Shown here: positions 12,817 through 28,439 of the stretch, in pieces
Position numbering within the stretch: position 1 is the first letter of the stretch
Layout of the letters: the number at the start of each line of letters is the position of its first letter
Source of the DNA: Oikopleura dioica
Lineage: Eukaryota; Animalia; Chordata
Length of the DNA stretch: 64,000 bases
Assembly (NCBI GenBank): GCA_907165135.1
Contig: OU015569.1
Location: 2,852,001-2,916,000 of the forward strand
Reading direction: 5' to 3'
Translations under genes and position numbers: made by a program
Notes under the pieces: model-generated
Databases searched by the model: none
Seen by the model: only the letters and a program-made list of their open reading frames with translations
What the model was told of the DNA's origin: nothing

Positions 12817-15535
12817 TGAGCTTTTATACCTGTCGATTGCATTTCTTTTTGTTCTGCTGAAAATAAACCATTCTCCTGAGTGCCAAGAGTGATAAACCTG
12901 GGTTGTTTTGATCCAAGCAACTGAGTTTGTAAGACAAAGAGCGTTCGAGGTGGTGCACCATTCGAACTCGGTTGGAGAGCGCCACCGATACCGCGCGGGA
13001 CTTGCGCTCAACTTACAGAAAAAGATCCCTTTTCCTTTCGCTGAAAATTTTGAAATGCACTAAGCCGAATATCTGCTTTTTGTGTAGTTTTTTTTTCTAG
13101 CATCATTCTTATCATCTCGTCAGCACGGACTTTCAAGAGGATTCCAATTGGGAAAACAAGAGACAGCGAAATTTATCAGAGCGAGTTAGCCGATTTAATA
13201 ACCGATTTCTCGAATTACTTCTTGAATTGCTGGGATTTTTGAGATGAGAAACAAGAAGAGATCGTCTAGAACTGACTCAGGTTTGTTTTTATTCAGATAA
13301 ATTTTGATGCATTTATTGTCAACAAGCTTCAATTATTAAGACATTGTCTTTCGTAATCAATTAATTCGTAATGTCCTCTAGATTCAATTTACGGCCCAAC
13401 AATGTGAAGTTTTTGCCTAAAAATAAACTCGAAAGAAAACGAATTCCTTGGAATCCCATTAGGTGAATTCTAGCGCTCATAATATCGGTTTCCAATTTCA
13501 GGGAATATAAAAAGATTTCTCTGAATGCGAACAAGTTGCCAAAACACCTTTTATCCGGCTTCTATGAATAAACCACACCCTTCTTTTTCTATAAATACGA
13601 TCCCAAAATACTCAACAATCCACAAATCCGCGAATATAGCCCTTTTAGTTGAAGCTTGTTTTACACATGACAACTGGGTATTTGCGCAACTTTGAAAGCC
13701 AAAAGAAAGAAAGTTTTCTAAAAAAGGTGCGCGGCGATCGCTAGAATTCAAAGGGTATTATTTTAATCGCGCATTATCGGATTGCGAGAGGGAGACCGAT
13801 TAGATGTTGCCGGGAATCGTAAACGTGCGTGCTGGGATTTTATATTTTTGGTAAGAGAGCCGCGCTAACGAGATAACTGTGTACTCAGGCCGGGCTTCTA
13901 ATGAGTCTGAAGAGAGAGTCACTTTCCTGGCGCACAAGGGTCTTACCGAATACGCGCCACAATTAAGACACTTGCATCCACGAGAAAGCCCATCTCATCC
14001 TCTCGAGATAAGTGATAGAAGATATGTGGCTTATGTTCTTCTGGCGCACATTAGAACATGGACTATCCGCTAGCAGCTACTAGCTAACTGTCCTCACTAA
14101 GCCGCGATTGAGTACTTTCGAGTAAACGTGTCTCCAAAATCGCAAAAATTAGAAAGATGATCTTTTGAGCCGATTTCGCTTTCGAAGTCACCCGATCAGC
14201 CGCTGACATCAGCTTGGATTATCAATGCTCCCTATGACCCGAGTCGTGGCGCGATTTTCACGGCTTCTGAAGTTCGCCCTAAACTCGCATAATTTTCATT
14301 TCAAAGTACTAAGTCTTTATTAATTTTAATGCTCCTCCCTTGTCATCAAAACTTCAGCGCGGTCTTTATCTCTTCCCAAATGACTATTTGTAAAGGGATA
14401 TTATTATTCCAGTTCTGAAAAAGAAAAACACTTTCATTTCAGAAGCAAATGACGTCGCCACCCTCGAGTTCAGCAAAGCAGTGCGCGATCTGAGCTTCGA
14501 AGTAATAGGTAAACGATTCAATGAGGGACTGTTTATTTACGAGTCTTTCTCAGAGCCCCTCGGACTGGACCCTTTTGTCGAGATGCAGAAGGTCGAAAGA
14601 AAGCGGCGTTTCAGTTTGAAGGCTTCGGCGAAACGGGCGTTCTCGCGTGTGACTGGGCGGAACAAAAGGAACGGGCAGAACAAGCTGGTATTCCGAGCAA
14701 AGGAAAATGAATAGGAAGTAAGCCAGCCGCTTTCGGATAAGGATACTCCTCAGTCCCGAAATGACGGGTGCAGGAAGTGAAATAAGGGGTTATGAGTGCT
14801 TCCGCCACTAGAATTTTATTCGAATTAAACACGCCGCGCTCTAGGTAGACTAAACACGTTGTCATAGCAGAGCACTGTCTTTGCTAGTAGCTTACTAGCA
14901 AAAGTTCATATTATCGATATTTACTGTATAAAACAAGAGCCAAAATAAAAAGCCCTTCTTGAGAAAGCCAGGCGTAACTCTTTCGCGATGTCCATTTCCG
15001 ACTTCCCAGATGTGCCCGATGATATTATCGCCTGATTATCGAAATCCAACAAGGTAAATATCGTAATCTTTAAAGCCCTTCAGTTTTGGTGGAATGCTCG
15101 TCGAAACTCCCTCCTGATACAGAAATCTCGCGTTCATGAAATATGAGCTTCTTCAACTCAATCAAACAAACTTGCAATAAACAATAAACGAAATGCTTTT
15201 TAATGAAGTGTATTTTGTAGAAAAATAGAATCTTTTATTGTTGATAAATATTCTTGAAAGAAGAAGCGTATAGAAAAATAATGAAATAAAATATAGAACA
15301 TGAAGAAGAATATAAAAATAATAAAAAAATGGCTCATCGTTCTCTTGGTCGTTTTCAGTGGGAATAGTCGAAAAACGTGTCTTTTTCAATGTTCAAAACT
15401 GTACTTCTCCTTATCGCAGATCCTTTTGCCAGTGTGCAAATTTCGCGAAAAATAATTCGCGGTTTCTGTTCTCTTCGATATTTACTCTCGCCTGGCGCGA
15501 AATTGGTACCGAGGGACTGGTTACTGAGGGATCGA

Positions 15536-16909
15536 TCATTCGAAAATGCTCGTTTCGAAAAAATAAATTGATATTACGCATAGTAAATTTTGGAACATTC
15601 CTTGAAGCCACGAGTCGACGAGGAAGGGTGTATCTACATCCGAGGACGTGAATAAGTCCTCGTGACTCTGAGGAGAGTCGACGCCTACGGAATTGTTCGA
15701 GTACTCGTCTTTAATCCAGTCTTCCGGGGTGGGGATTCTTGCGCCAGTGACTTCAAGCATGGGCAGATGCTGGCTCATTCCGTGCTTCGTCTTAATAAAA
15801 ACAATCGAGTGATGATTTAATGAGTGCAACTCACGTGTTCTTCCATGGGAACACTCTCGTTCATGATCGGAATGCCGAAGTCAATTAAAACGTTGGAGAG
15901 ATCTGGGCAGTACGCATTGCGGTTGAGCGGGGATATCTTCGCCGTCTCCTGCGACTGTTTGAGGCTGCTCGAATCAACAATGACATTGACGTGATTCTAA
16001 AATAAATATTAATTCTTTATTGCCAGACGGACTATTAGTGGTCGGCAAGGCATGCTAAAGGTTAGCCTCTTCAACAATCACTAATAAACGAAATCAAGCT
16101 CACCTCTTGCGAGTCGGAGATTTTCGCCCTTTTCGCCGGACGCCCGCCATCATGCGAACTTCCTGTCGACGAGTTCTGTAGCTTCCAGCCAGATGGTGAT
16201 TCACTAAACTCGCTGGATCTTCTCAATTCACTCTCAATGTCACTCTGAAAGTATAAAGTTAAGCTCGATAATCCGCCGCTGAAAAGAAAAAACGCACCTT
16301 TGAAATTTTCAGACTCAGGCGCTGCGCCATGTCCACCATTTCCTGTATTGTGAGTACCTTAAAATATTCATGAGGCATAATGTTTTGTTTTCGCATTGAA
16401 TAGTAGATAGAAGTCGCGATTGGGATAAATAAACACGCGATTCCTGAAAGCCCGAAATCTCCTTCGAGTCGCAGAATACAGCATCAGCTAGTATTTGCAC
16501 TGGGAGGAAATTGTCAGCGAAAGTTGTGTGGTAGTTTGGGAGTGATTTCTTTTCTGCGATCGAGTTTACTCACGTCATGGCGTGCGAGGCGAAAGCTCAG
16601 CCGTATGAGCTCTTTCGGCGTGTATTGTGCAGGACGAGGCTCCTTGACGGATGGCTGAGGGGTCCCAAGGCAGCTCAGCCAGTCGAGCGAAGTAAGCGAG
16701 TCGTCCTTGCTCACAGAGCTCACATTCTTTGCCAGTTTGTTCAGTGTGCGGATGGAAGTCACTGGAAGCTTCGAACTGAAAGCAATTTTAGAGACAAATA
16801 TCGTTTGAATTTTTGTATTCATTTTTGGAGCCCCTGAAATCAAGGAGGAATGATCATACCTTTGGCAAGGACCTTCAACACTCATTTCTCTTTCCTCAAA
16901 CTTTTTCAC
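15536..16909 (-). CDS. Multi-exon gene with a FoxJ/FoxN-like DDSLTSLDWL motif; forkhead domain not confirmed
   Basis: DDSLTSLDWL followed by PRPAQYTPKELIRLSF and several GT-AG bounded exon-like blocks at 16.3-15.6 kb. Confidence 0.35.
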
Positions 16910-18644
16910 AATCGTTTCTCGTTTTTTTCAAAATTCTTCCTTCAAAATTTCTTTCGAGTCTTCCCGAGTTTTTGCTTTGTCCGAGCGATCTTTTCGATTT
17001 CCCTTACTCTCAAGTCCTTCTAAAATAAAATGTGAAGGTATTTCTTCGTACTAATGAAATGAAAAAAAAAGTTTGTGGAAGTTGTAGCTCGGGCGCCATT
17101 GAAACTCGCGCGGTGGAGTTCGCATTGTGCAAGCTTAAGTATCAAACATGGCTACCGCTGAGACCAATTGAGGGACAATTCCTGCCCGCGAGGCAAATTA
17201 AAACTCGCCGGGAGTGCGAGCACAATTGTTCCCAGCCCCAATTTCCGTCGCCGCGCAGTATTCTCAATAGAAGTTGAAATTGTGGAATCGGGCTGTTTTC
17301 TCTTCGCAGGGGGAATACGTTCGCCCCTTCGCAAAATCAAGACACGTATCTGGTTTGAGTTATTGAGTCCGAGCCCGTGCTTTGTGTGCCTTGCCCTTGG
17401 GTCTCGAATGTTTTTTGTCCTCAGCTTACATTGTTGGTCTTGGGCACACAATAAACCGAACTGCTCAACCCGGAGCTTCTCAGCTCACTTCCGCCTTCCT
17501 TTCCATAATTTAAAGCTCTTAGAAGAATCTAAAAATCTTTTCATTCTCATTCTTAAAATTGTCAGCTCCTGATTTTCTGCATCATAAAATTTTTAATATT
17601 GAGGGCAAGCTTTAATTTGCAGAAGAAGAGCTAACCCTAGCCCCAACTATAATCATCCTTCGTCAATGCTAACCCTAACCTAAGGAGGAAAATTCTAGAT
17701 GGAATTAACAATAAGTGGTAACTGACGGCAAAGTTGAACAAATATATGTTCTCCTAATATCTATGCGGTTTTTGGTGACATATTCTCTTTGACATAAAAA
17801 CTGTTATTGTACAGTAGCTGTCAACACAGGAAACTCGCCGCCAATTTCCTCAAGGCAAAGTTTACCCACTTGACTAAATGCCACCGTCGCCATTTTCGTG
17901 ATGGAGATTTTAAAATGCTAGAAAATTATACGCGCCCACAAGCAAGTACGGCATCGCCCCGCGGCGAGTGCCATTGACGACTTTGCGAAGAATAGACTTC
18001 TCCTTCAAAAAAGTCAAAAAAAAGAGAGCCGAAACTACACAGCGAAAGGAACTCTTGGTAAGTAACGAAATGGGGCAATTTCAGAACGTAAACAGTCGCG
18101 AAAAAACGGCGAGAAAACTCACGACTTTTTTATTTATGACGACGTTGCCCTGTCACGAAGTAAAGCTATGTTTGGATTTGCGTATTACTGCATTTTTCAT
18201 CGTTCGCAACAACTAATAAAGTTGGATTTATGGACCCGCATTAACAAAAGACTAAGACTTAGAACTTAGAACTTGCTGGAGGTTTAAAATTTCTCTAATA
18301 AAAATCAAAATTTAACTGTAATGCCATCAAGCGTTCTTTTACAAAGGAGGTTTTTTCTCTCTAATCAGAATTTGATGTTTGCACGGTTATTGAGGCCGAG
18401 GCGAGAAAAATGGAAATACAAGTTGATCCGGATGGCGGCTTTAATTGAATTGTGTGGCGATTCCAAACACAGTCCCAAGGCATTCCCTAGCGACCTACGA
18501 TTTCTTGAAAAACAAAAAAATTGTAGTACTTGTGAAAAAAGTGAACACTTTTTTAAAATAGCTTTATTTTATTAAATAAAATGTCGCTTTTTAAACGTGA
18601 GCGAGACAGAGCGTTTTTAATCACAGACTTTCAGCAGCCAAGAC

Positions 18645-18779
18645 ATGGATGGTGGGGTAAGCAACAAACTAAAGCAAAAAGGCTCAGAGCAAACTTCAGT
18701 CGAGCAGAAACCGCTCTCAGTTGACCAGTGGTTTGACAATAATCCGAGAAGACACAAGGCACAGAACAAAATCAAGTGA
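18645..18779 (+). CDS. Candidate 44-aa small ORF
   Basis: T-rich AG acceptor-like site just upstream, ATG..TGA, and AATAAA ~16 nt after the stop. Confidence 0.25.
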   Translation: MDGGVSNKLKQKGSEQTSVEQKPLSVDQWFDNNPRRHKAQNKIK

Positions 18780-18921
18780 GCGTCAGTAAAGTGAATAAAC
18801 TTTGTATGTTGCTTTAGGAGAATACACGAACGAATTCCTGAGTCTTGCTGGGCTGCTTACGACAGATTTCTGAGAACAGAAGGTAAGAATTGATTTTTAC
18901 TTTATTTTTTCGTTTACCTCA

Positions 18922-19643
18922 TTACAGTAGGGTGATATTGAACCGAATTTCAGTTTCATTCCATTCCCATTCGTGGTCCCCATCACTCCAATAATTAACG
19001 ACTTGCTTTCCATCGTCGTCATAACTTTCCAATTCTTGTCGACTATCTCGTAGTACTAATCCCGTATATCTATGAGTTTCTTCCACCACGACCTTGAACT
19101 TTGGCCCGCCATCTAAAATGTTATAAATGAAAAAAAAAACTAAAATAAATTTACCCTCATTTCCGATTTGAAGGCAAACTCGTTCGTCTTCTACATAATA
19201 GTCACCCAAAAATTTAAGAGTCCATCCGCCCAACTTAACAATGAAATCCTGATAAACCCAAAACTTCATTGAAATTTTAATAATGTCTTTAAAAAAAAAC
19301 AAACACATTAAACTCTTTCCTTCAAATTTGTTTTTTTCTCGCCGCGTTTAAAAAGTTTGAGAAAATTCAACATTTCATCGTATTCCATCTGCTCTCTCAA
19401 ATCCGGACCGCCAAAGAAGTGACCTCGAACAAGATTCTTGTTTGGTTCCAGATCTGCTTAATAACACACTTTAAAAAACTCCTAAAGCCCAGTCTTACCT
19501 TCAATAAGAGCCCTGTAAGCTTTCTCCTTTCGTTGAAACTTTGCTTCTGCCTTTTTGAAAGCAGCTTGAATTTCCACTGCGCTGGCGTCTTGCGGGACCC
19601 CAAGAACTCCAAGGTTGTAGTCTCTTGAGGATTCTGAGCTCAT
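18922..19643 (-). CDS. Protein with truncated J-like N-terminus (no HPD) and unknown C-terminus, multi-exon
   Basis: RDYNLGVLGVPQDASAVEIQAAFKKAEAKFQRKEKAYRAL resembles DnaJ helices with the HPD loop missing; GTAAG donor follows. Confidence 0.5.
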
Positions 19644-19859
19644 CTTAAATAAAAACGCCGTCAATAAATATTAAAAGATTAATTGTCATAAAAATAAGTC
19701 TAATTGAAAAAGCGCCCTAACTTCGAAAAAAAATTGCACTGAAAGGCGGCTGCAGCAATTTTTGAGACACAAATCAAAGCTAGCCAAACAAACTCGTTTA
19801 TTATTCAAAATGTGAGCTGCTTTATTTATGCTTAATTTCCCATCATAACAACCTTTTTA

Positions 19860-20663
19860 TAGGCATACAAAATGACAACGAAGAACTCCTCTCAAAACTG
19901 GAAAACTCCAAAGCCGAAAGTATCTACGCCCTGCGCAACAACGACAAGCTCTACGAGGCCCGCAATCGTGCAGAACTTGCTTCTGTGCTCTTCGAAGAAG
20001 CTCAAGAACAACAAGATTCAGTTGACCAAATGCGACGAGAACTCGCACACGAGAAGCTAGTTGTTTCTTACGGAGAAGTTGAGCGAACACCTGTTTCAAT
20101 CGCTAGAAAAAGTCAGAAGAAAACGGAAGTCGTCAAGCTGCCAAAAATCGACCACATTCCAGGAAATGCCTTTATTAATGGATTTCTTGAAAGAACTTTA
20201 GATAGCAAGAGCATATCTTTTTTACGAAAAAAAATTAAAAGTTTCTAAAAGCAAGAAAAAGTACCTTCATATGTGGATACAAAAGCAAAGGAGATGAAAT
20301 TAGTGAAGGATACAGAATTGGAATTGGGGGATTTCAAATTTGAAGAAGACGAAGAAGTTCCACAAGTCACAAATTATGCTGGTACTAAATTAGGCATTTG
20401 ACTCCTTTCTAATACAATTTAGGGTCAAAGGGCCCTAGATGGAGGCCAATTCAACATCAAGGCTACGGAGAACTCTTCAAGACGTACAAAAATCGACGAG
20501 CAAAAAGTCAGCAAAAGGTTTGGCTTTCTTTTTCTTCGCCATAACGTTTTTATCCCAGAAAAACGACAGCATCGGAGTCAACGATCTCAAAGAATTTGAG
20601 CAGCGGCGAGTGCAACCATCGAGTTTCCATTTTAGAGCCCGACAAGGACTTCTGCTCCAATAA
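19860..20663 (+). CDS. Hypothetical coiled-coil-rich protein, multi-exon
   Basis: Open E/K/Q-rich frame (DNEELLSKLENSKAESIYALRNNDKLYEARNRAELASVLFEEAQEQQDSVDQMRRELAHE) and short introns; ends approximate. Confidence 0.5.
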
Positions 20664-21331
20664 ATTGTACACAACGTTTGTCAAATTAATAAGTGCAAGT
20701 GCAACTCTGGTTAAATACGCTCTTTTTTTTCTGGGCGAGGCGGCGAAATTAGTTGCCAAGTCTCGAAAATTAATATTTGATCGATAGTACGGCGGCAACT
20801 GAAGCCCGACTTTGATTGCTTTTCTGAGTTTTCACTGTTCTTAGTTTAATTTGATCAAGATTTGGAAGGCATTAGCTCTTCTTGACGAGAATACTCTTGA
20901 GGAGTCTTGAACTGGAATTGCAGGTCTTCGTGGGGCAAGGAAAGAACGCAAATTGCTGATGGAGCTAATCTGAGGAGAATCGGCTTTGAGTCCCTCTGGC
21001 GACTGTAACTGGGCGAGGACTCGGACACCGCGTTATCTAACCTTGCGTGAAAGGGAGAACCAAAATGGAAAAGCCCCAAATTTAATTTTGACTTTGCTGG
21101 CGACGCCAACCTTAATCATTTTTCATGTTTGCTTCTTCTCCTCAACTGCACATAAACTCAACCCTGGTGTATTTTTAGAGAGACCTTCTTTTGAACTGTA
21201 AGTAGTTTTTAGATTTGATATTATTTGCTGATCATTATTTCATTTGATCCGAATTTTTTCTGAAGGTTCCAAAATAGCAAGATGATATTTATTAATTTTG
21301 AGTTAAGGATCCCCCCGTAGACCGGCAGACG

Positions 21332-24327
21332 ACGGATTGAGTTGGCCCACTCCGCACGTGGGGCCAAGGCACAGGAGGTGTCAAGCCGAGATTGAATAGA
21401 TGCAAGGGACCACGCCGCCGGGGCGAACTCCTGCAGAGTCCAGTTCTGGGCCAAGTTTGGAGCAACTCTCGGTGTGAGACCTTGAGTAAACAGAATCAAA
21501 GGTCACATTGAGCCCGAGATCAGGATCAAGCTCATCCCCGGATAAGCCCTAAAAGTGAAGATATAGACGACCAAAAAATATAATTTGATGAAACTACGCC
21601 CAATAGGGTAATCGAGGGCGTAGAATCCGAATCTTCGGTTGAAAAAAACTTTTAATGTCAAATAAGCCACGGGCAGTAATCTTTACAACAATTACTGCCC
21701 TTAATTTCTGAAAGTATTTCCTGGATCCTGAGGGACTCATTTCTTATAAGGGCAGTATTTGTTGTAAAGATTACTGCCCTTTATATTTTCGATTAAAAAA
21801 GAGTCGAAAAAGCTTTTATAAAAATGGAAACATATATTTTTACAAAAAACAGTTATAGTACAGTGTAAGAGAGTGGGTAAGTGATGATTTTCTTGTCGAG
21901 ATTTCGGAACTGCTGGCAAATTGAGATCGCGTTGTCCAATTTCCACTCGGTTGTCTGGCTCTCGATCTTGGAATGATGGTAGAATACTCTTTCACAGCGA
22001 ACGATTGACTCGACTTTTCTTCTTGCGTGGCGATTGACGGCAAATTTTCCAAGGAAGTAGCCCTTGTAGTCCTTGAGAAGAAGGGAGAACGCGCGAACTG
22101 AAGCTGGTGGAGACTTGTATGAGTTCTTGAGCTGGAGATGTAGGGTTTCGCACTGATTGGTCGTCCAAAACGAGATCCGCTCACAAGAAGCTGATGAAGA
22201 TTCCAATCTGCTTTTGAGTGTCGCTTTGTTATCCATTCTTTCTTGAAGTATTTGTAGTGAAAGTCTTCGATTCGCTTCCTTTTTTCTTCGCATTCGATGG
22301 CTGGGATTCGCTGTGTCTCGAGGATGTGTAGAGCTTGATTCACAATCATGGGATCGCAGAAGGGCATTCCAAGGTAGACATCGTAAAAGTCGACTCGAAG
22401 TTTGACATCAAAGACGAAATCCTTGCGGCCCAGCTTGAGTCTCCAGTTCTTGATGACGCATTGGCAGTAATGAAACTCGCAGCCGCAGACTTGAGCATCA
22501 GGCCACAGCTCCTTGATTATTTTCTTCGGCGTTGGCTCGTAATCTACTCTCCAGTCGTTGATGAGAAGTTCTTGGCCAGTTTCTTCGAAGTAGAGCTCGC
22601 GGATTTTCTTGAACATCGCTCTGTAGGTAGACTGCGTCTTGTCCGGCAACCAGCAGAAGAGAAGTGGATAGCTCATCCCTTTTCGTCCGTTGTCTGACGA
22701 ATAGTAGCGGACAATGCTGTACTGCTGGTAAACGCCGGGCATCTTGCTGTTGACATCAAAAGTTCCGTCGATGAAGCAGGGTGACTTGTTCAGAGGATGT
22801 CTATCATCAAGAAGATGAATTTCGCTTTTGAGTATCCAGAGGGTGATTGGGCGGCCTTTGCTGTTCGTAAATTGCGCTTGAAGAAATCGTTCGTTGACAA
22901 CACTGGCTGAATCGGGATGATAGAAGCTGACGTTGGGATCGTGATGGTAGACAGGAATCGATTTTGCTTCTTCTGGAATTTCTGATGCTGGTGATGTCCA
23001 TCTTCTGGCAAGTTTTTCTCGGATACTTCGCTTCGTCTTTTCGGTGCCTCCAGCGACATCTTCCTTGAATTGGTCAACCCAATGGCCTGGCAAGTTGGCC
23101 ATCTCAGCATCGTATTGTTCTCGTTTATGGTCAAAAGAACGAAGGGTAGCATTTTCCTTGAAGAGATCTTGAAGCGGACGGATGTTGTCGTTCCCAGGGT
23201 GATTGTGACCTTGAACTTCTTCAAATGGTGAATCAGGGCAGACCTCAAGAACAGCGTAGTTGTCAGGATCGCGCACCCCGTCGGCAGTAAGGATGAGCTT
23301 GTGTCGTGGAACTTCCTTCGGTTTGCGCCCCTTTTCTCTCTTCCATGATGTCGTGGTCAAAATCAGAGCTGGATTGAGAATCGCTAATCTCACACGGTGA
23401 GGGCATCGTTTTTCGGCTGGAGTTCGATGTGTTCCTCGCTCACACCAAAGAGTGATCTTGTCCGCAGCAGTAGATCCATGCATCACATGGTAAGTGTAGT
23501 GGAACTCTCCAATTTGAAGATTGAAGTGAAGACTTTCTTTGGTTCTTTCGCCGGAAGTAATGTTCAATAATTTAGGAGCGGTGTTGGTGCCATAAATATC
23601 TGTTGGCTTATTTGGCAAAGTATCAGCAATTTTTTGATAATCTGACATTTTCAATAAAAGCATAATGAATCGTTTTCTTTTATTGACCATGCCTTCTGCT
23701 TGAGTCTTCAGCTGCGCGTTATATGTCGCAACTGTCTTTTTAATCTTCAAATCGGAAGCAATTAAGATGGGCAAACTTTTATCAAGCAGCTGATAGAACA
23801 AACAACTAATAAAGGAAAAGATTTAATAAAAGAACTTCAAAAAATGACCCTCAGGATCCAGAAAATACTAGATAACAAAGGGCAGTAATCTTTACAACAA
23901 ATACTGCCCTTATAAGAAATGAGCCCCTCAGGATCCAGGAAATACTTTCAGAAATTAAGGGCAGTAATTGTTGTAAAGATTACTGCCCGTGGCTTATTTG
24001 ACATTAAAAGTTTTTTTCAACCGAAGATTCGGATTCTACGCCCTCGATTACCCTATTGGGCGTAGTTTCATCAAATTATATTTTTTGGTCGTCTATATCT
24101 TCACTTTTAGGGCTTATCCGGGGATGAGCTTGATCCTGATCTCGGGCTCAATGTGACCTTTGATTCTGTTTACTCAAGGTCTCACACCGAGAGTTGCTCC
24201 AAACTTGGCCCAGAACTGGACTCTGCAGGAGTTCGCCCCGGCGGCGTGGTCCCTTGCATCTATTCAATCTCGGCTTGACACCTCCTGTGCCTTGGCCCCA
24301 CGTGCGGAGTGGGCCAACTCAATCCGT
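21332..24327 (-). mobile_element. Mutator-like (MULE) DNA transposon, ~3.0 kb
   Basis: ~451-bp TIRs (21332-21782 / 23877-24327, one mismatch seen) around a single transposase gene. Confidence 0.93.
21853..23801 (-). CDS. MULE transposase with FLYWCH-like finger and DDE domain; one frameshift near 22165
   Basis: WCER..RCPHRV..GHNH finger; FIDGTF (D1), VDYE (D2), GCEFHYCQ (CxxH); TTNQCETLH (catalytic E) lies in the overlapping frame, rejoined by one extra T in a T-run. First ATG at 23690. Confidence 0.9.
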
Positions 24328-24942
24328 GTTTCCCCCCGTAGACCCTGCTGGAATTTTCAAACATAGGTTTGTCCCCCTATACCCTTAGACGTCTTTTATA
24401 TTTTGCTATTAAAATGTAGCTTAGAAGGAGCTTTAGAGCAAAAAATTGTTAACTTGGTGATACCCTTAAGTTTAAACGCTGAAATTAGTAATTAATTAGT
24501 ATATACCGATACCGGTATAACGACAAATATCTTCTTTATCAACATATTCTAACGGAAAATTTAAATTTAAACCTACATATTTATTTCTAGCTTGAACCAT
24601 GTAAATTGGAGCGAAAAAAGAGAAATTATTTTTGAATAATTCAAGCGGGCAGCCCCCTTCTGCATTCATTTAGTCGAACTTCTATCTTTTCTCTTTTTTG
24701 CTTTTTGGTGCTCTTTTTCATTCAACCGAGTTCAGCATATTTTTCAAACACTCGAGAAACGTATTTTTAATATTTGAAGAGAATCACAGACTTCGAGAGA
24801 AAAAGGGAAACTCGAAATCAAATCAAAACAAAGTGTCTTTGTAGATTCTAAATGCAAACGGCAGGTAAGGCTCAGCTTTCTCTAGTCAATTGGTTTTCAG
24901 ATAGAAGACGAGATTTGCCAAGCGACGGTTAACGATTGCTTC

Positions 24943-28040
<3,098 letters not shown>

Positions 28041-28439
28041 AGTTGAAATTGACGAACTTTGGAAATCGAAATTGCCAACTGCACTATGCTTTGATGTTTG
28101 TCTCTAATCCTTCCTGAAATTATTTATACTCAAATATCGTTGGCTGCCGAATAAAAGCTCTTATACTTTCTCATAAATTTTTGCGATTTTAATTTATTTA
28201 TGGCCTAAGACATGGAAGACAGTGAGCTAAATAGCGCCCACCAGAGTCACCAGAATTGAGAAGAAGTTGTTTAGAGATATTTGTGATTTGCTGTTTGTAT
28301 AATAATAAAAAGTACTAGGTGGAAAGGCAACGGTGAGTATACACTGGTTAAGAGTTCAGTTCTTGAAGCAGAAGAAAGAAGTCGTGGTTAGAGTCGTCAC
28401 TGGAAGTAAGTGCACCTGACCAGCAGGTCACCACCACTC

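Noticed and set aside
12800-15150. Coding-like fragments on both strands
   Set aside because: No consistent exon chain or homology could be established by eye; left unannotated.
17630-17685. CTAACCCTA motifs as an interstitial telomere
   Set aside because: Only two or three scattered degenerate units; compatible with chance.
21221-24388. Twin ORFs MILFTQGLTPRVAP.. at 21221-21499 (-) and 24160-24366 (+)
   Set aside because: Both are by-products of the same non-coding TIR read in opposite directions.
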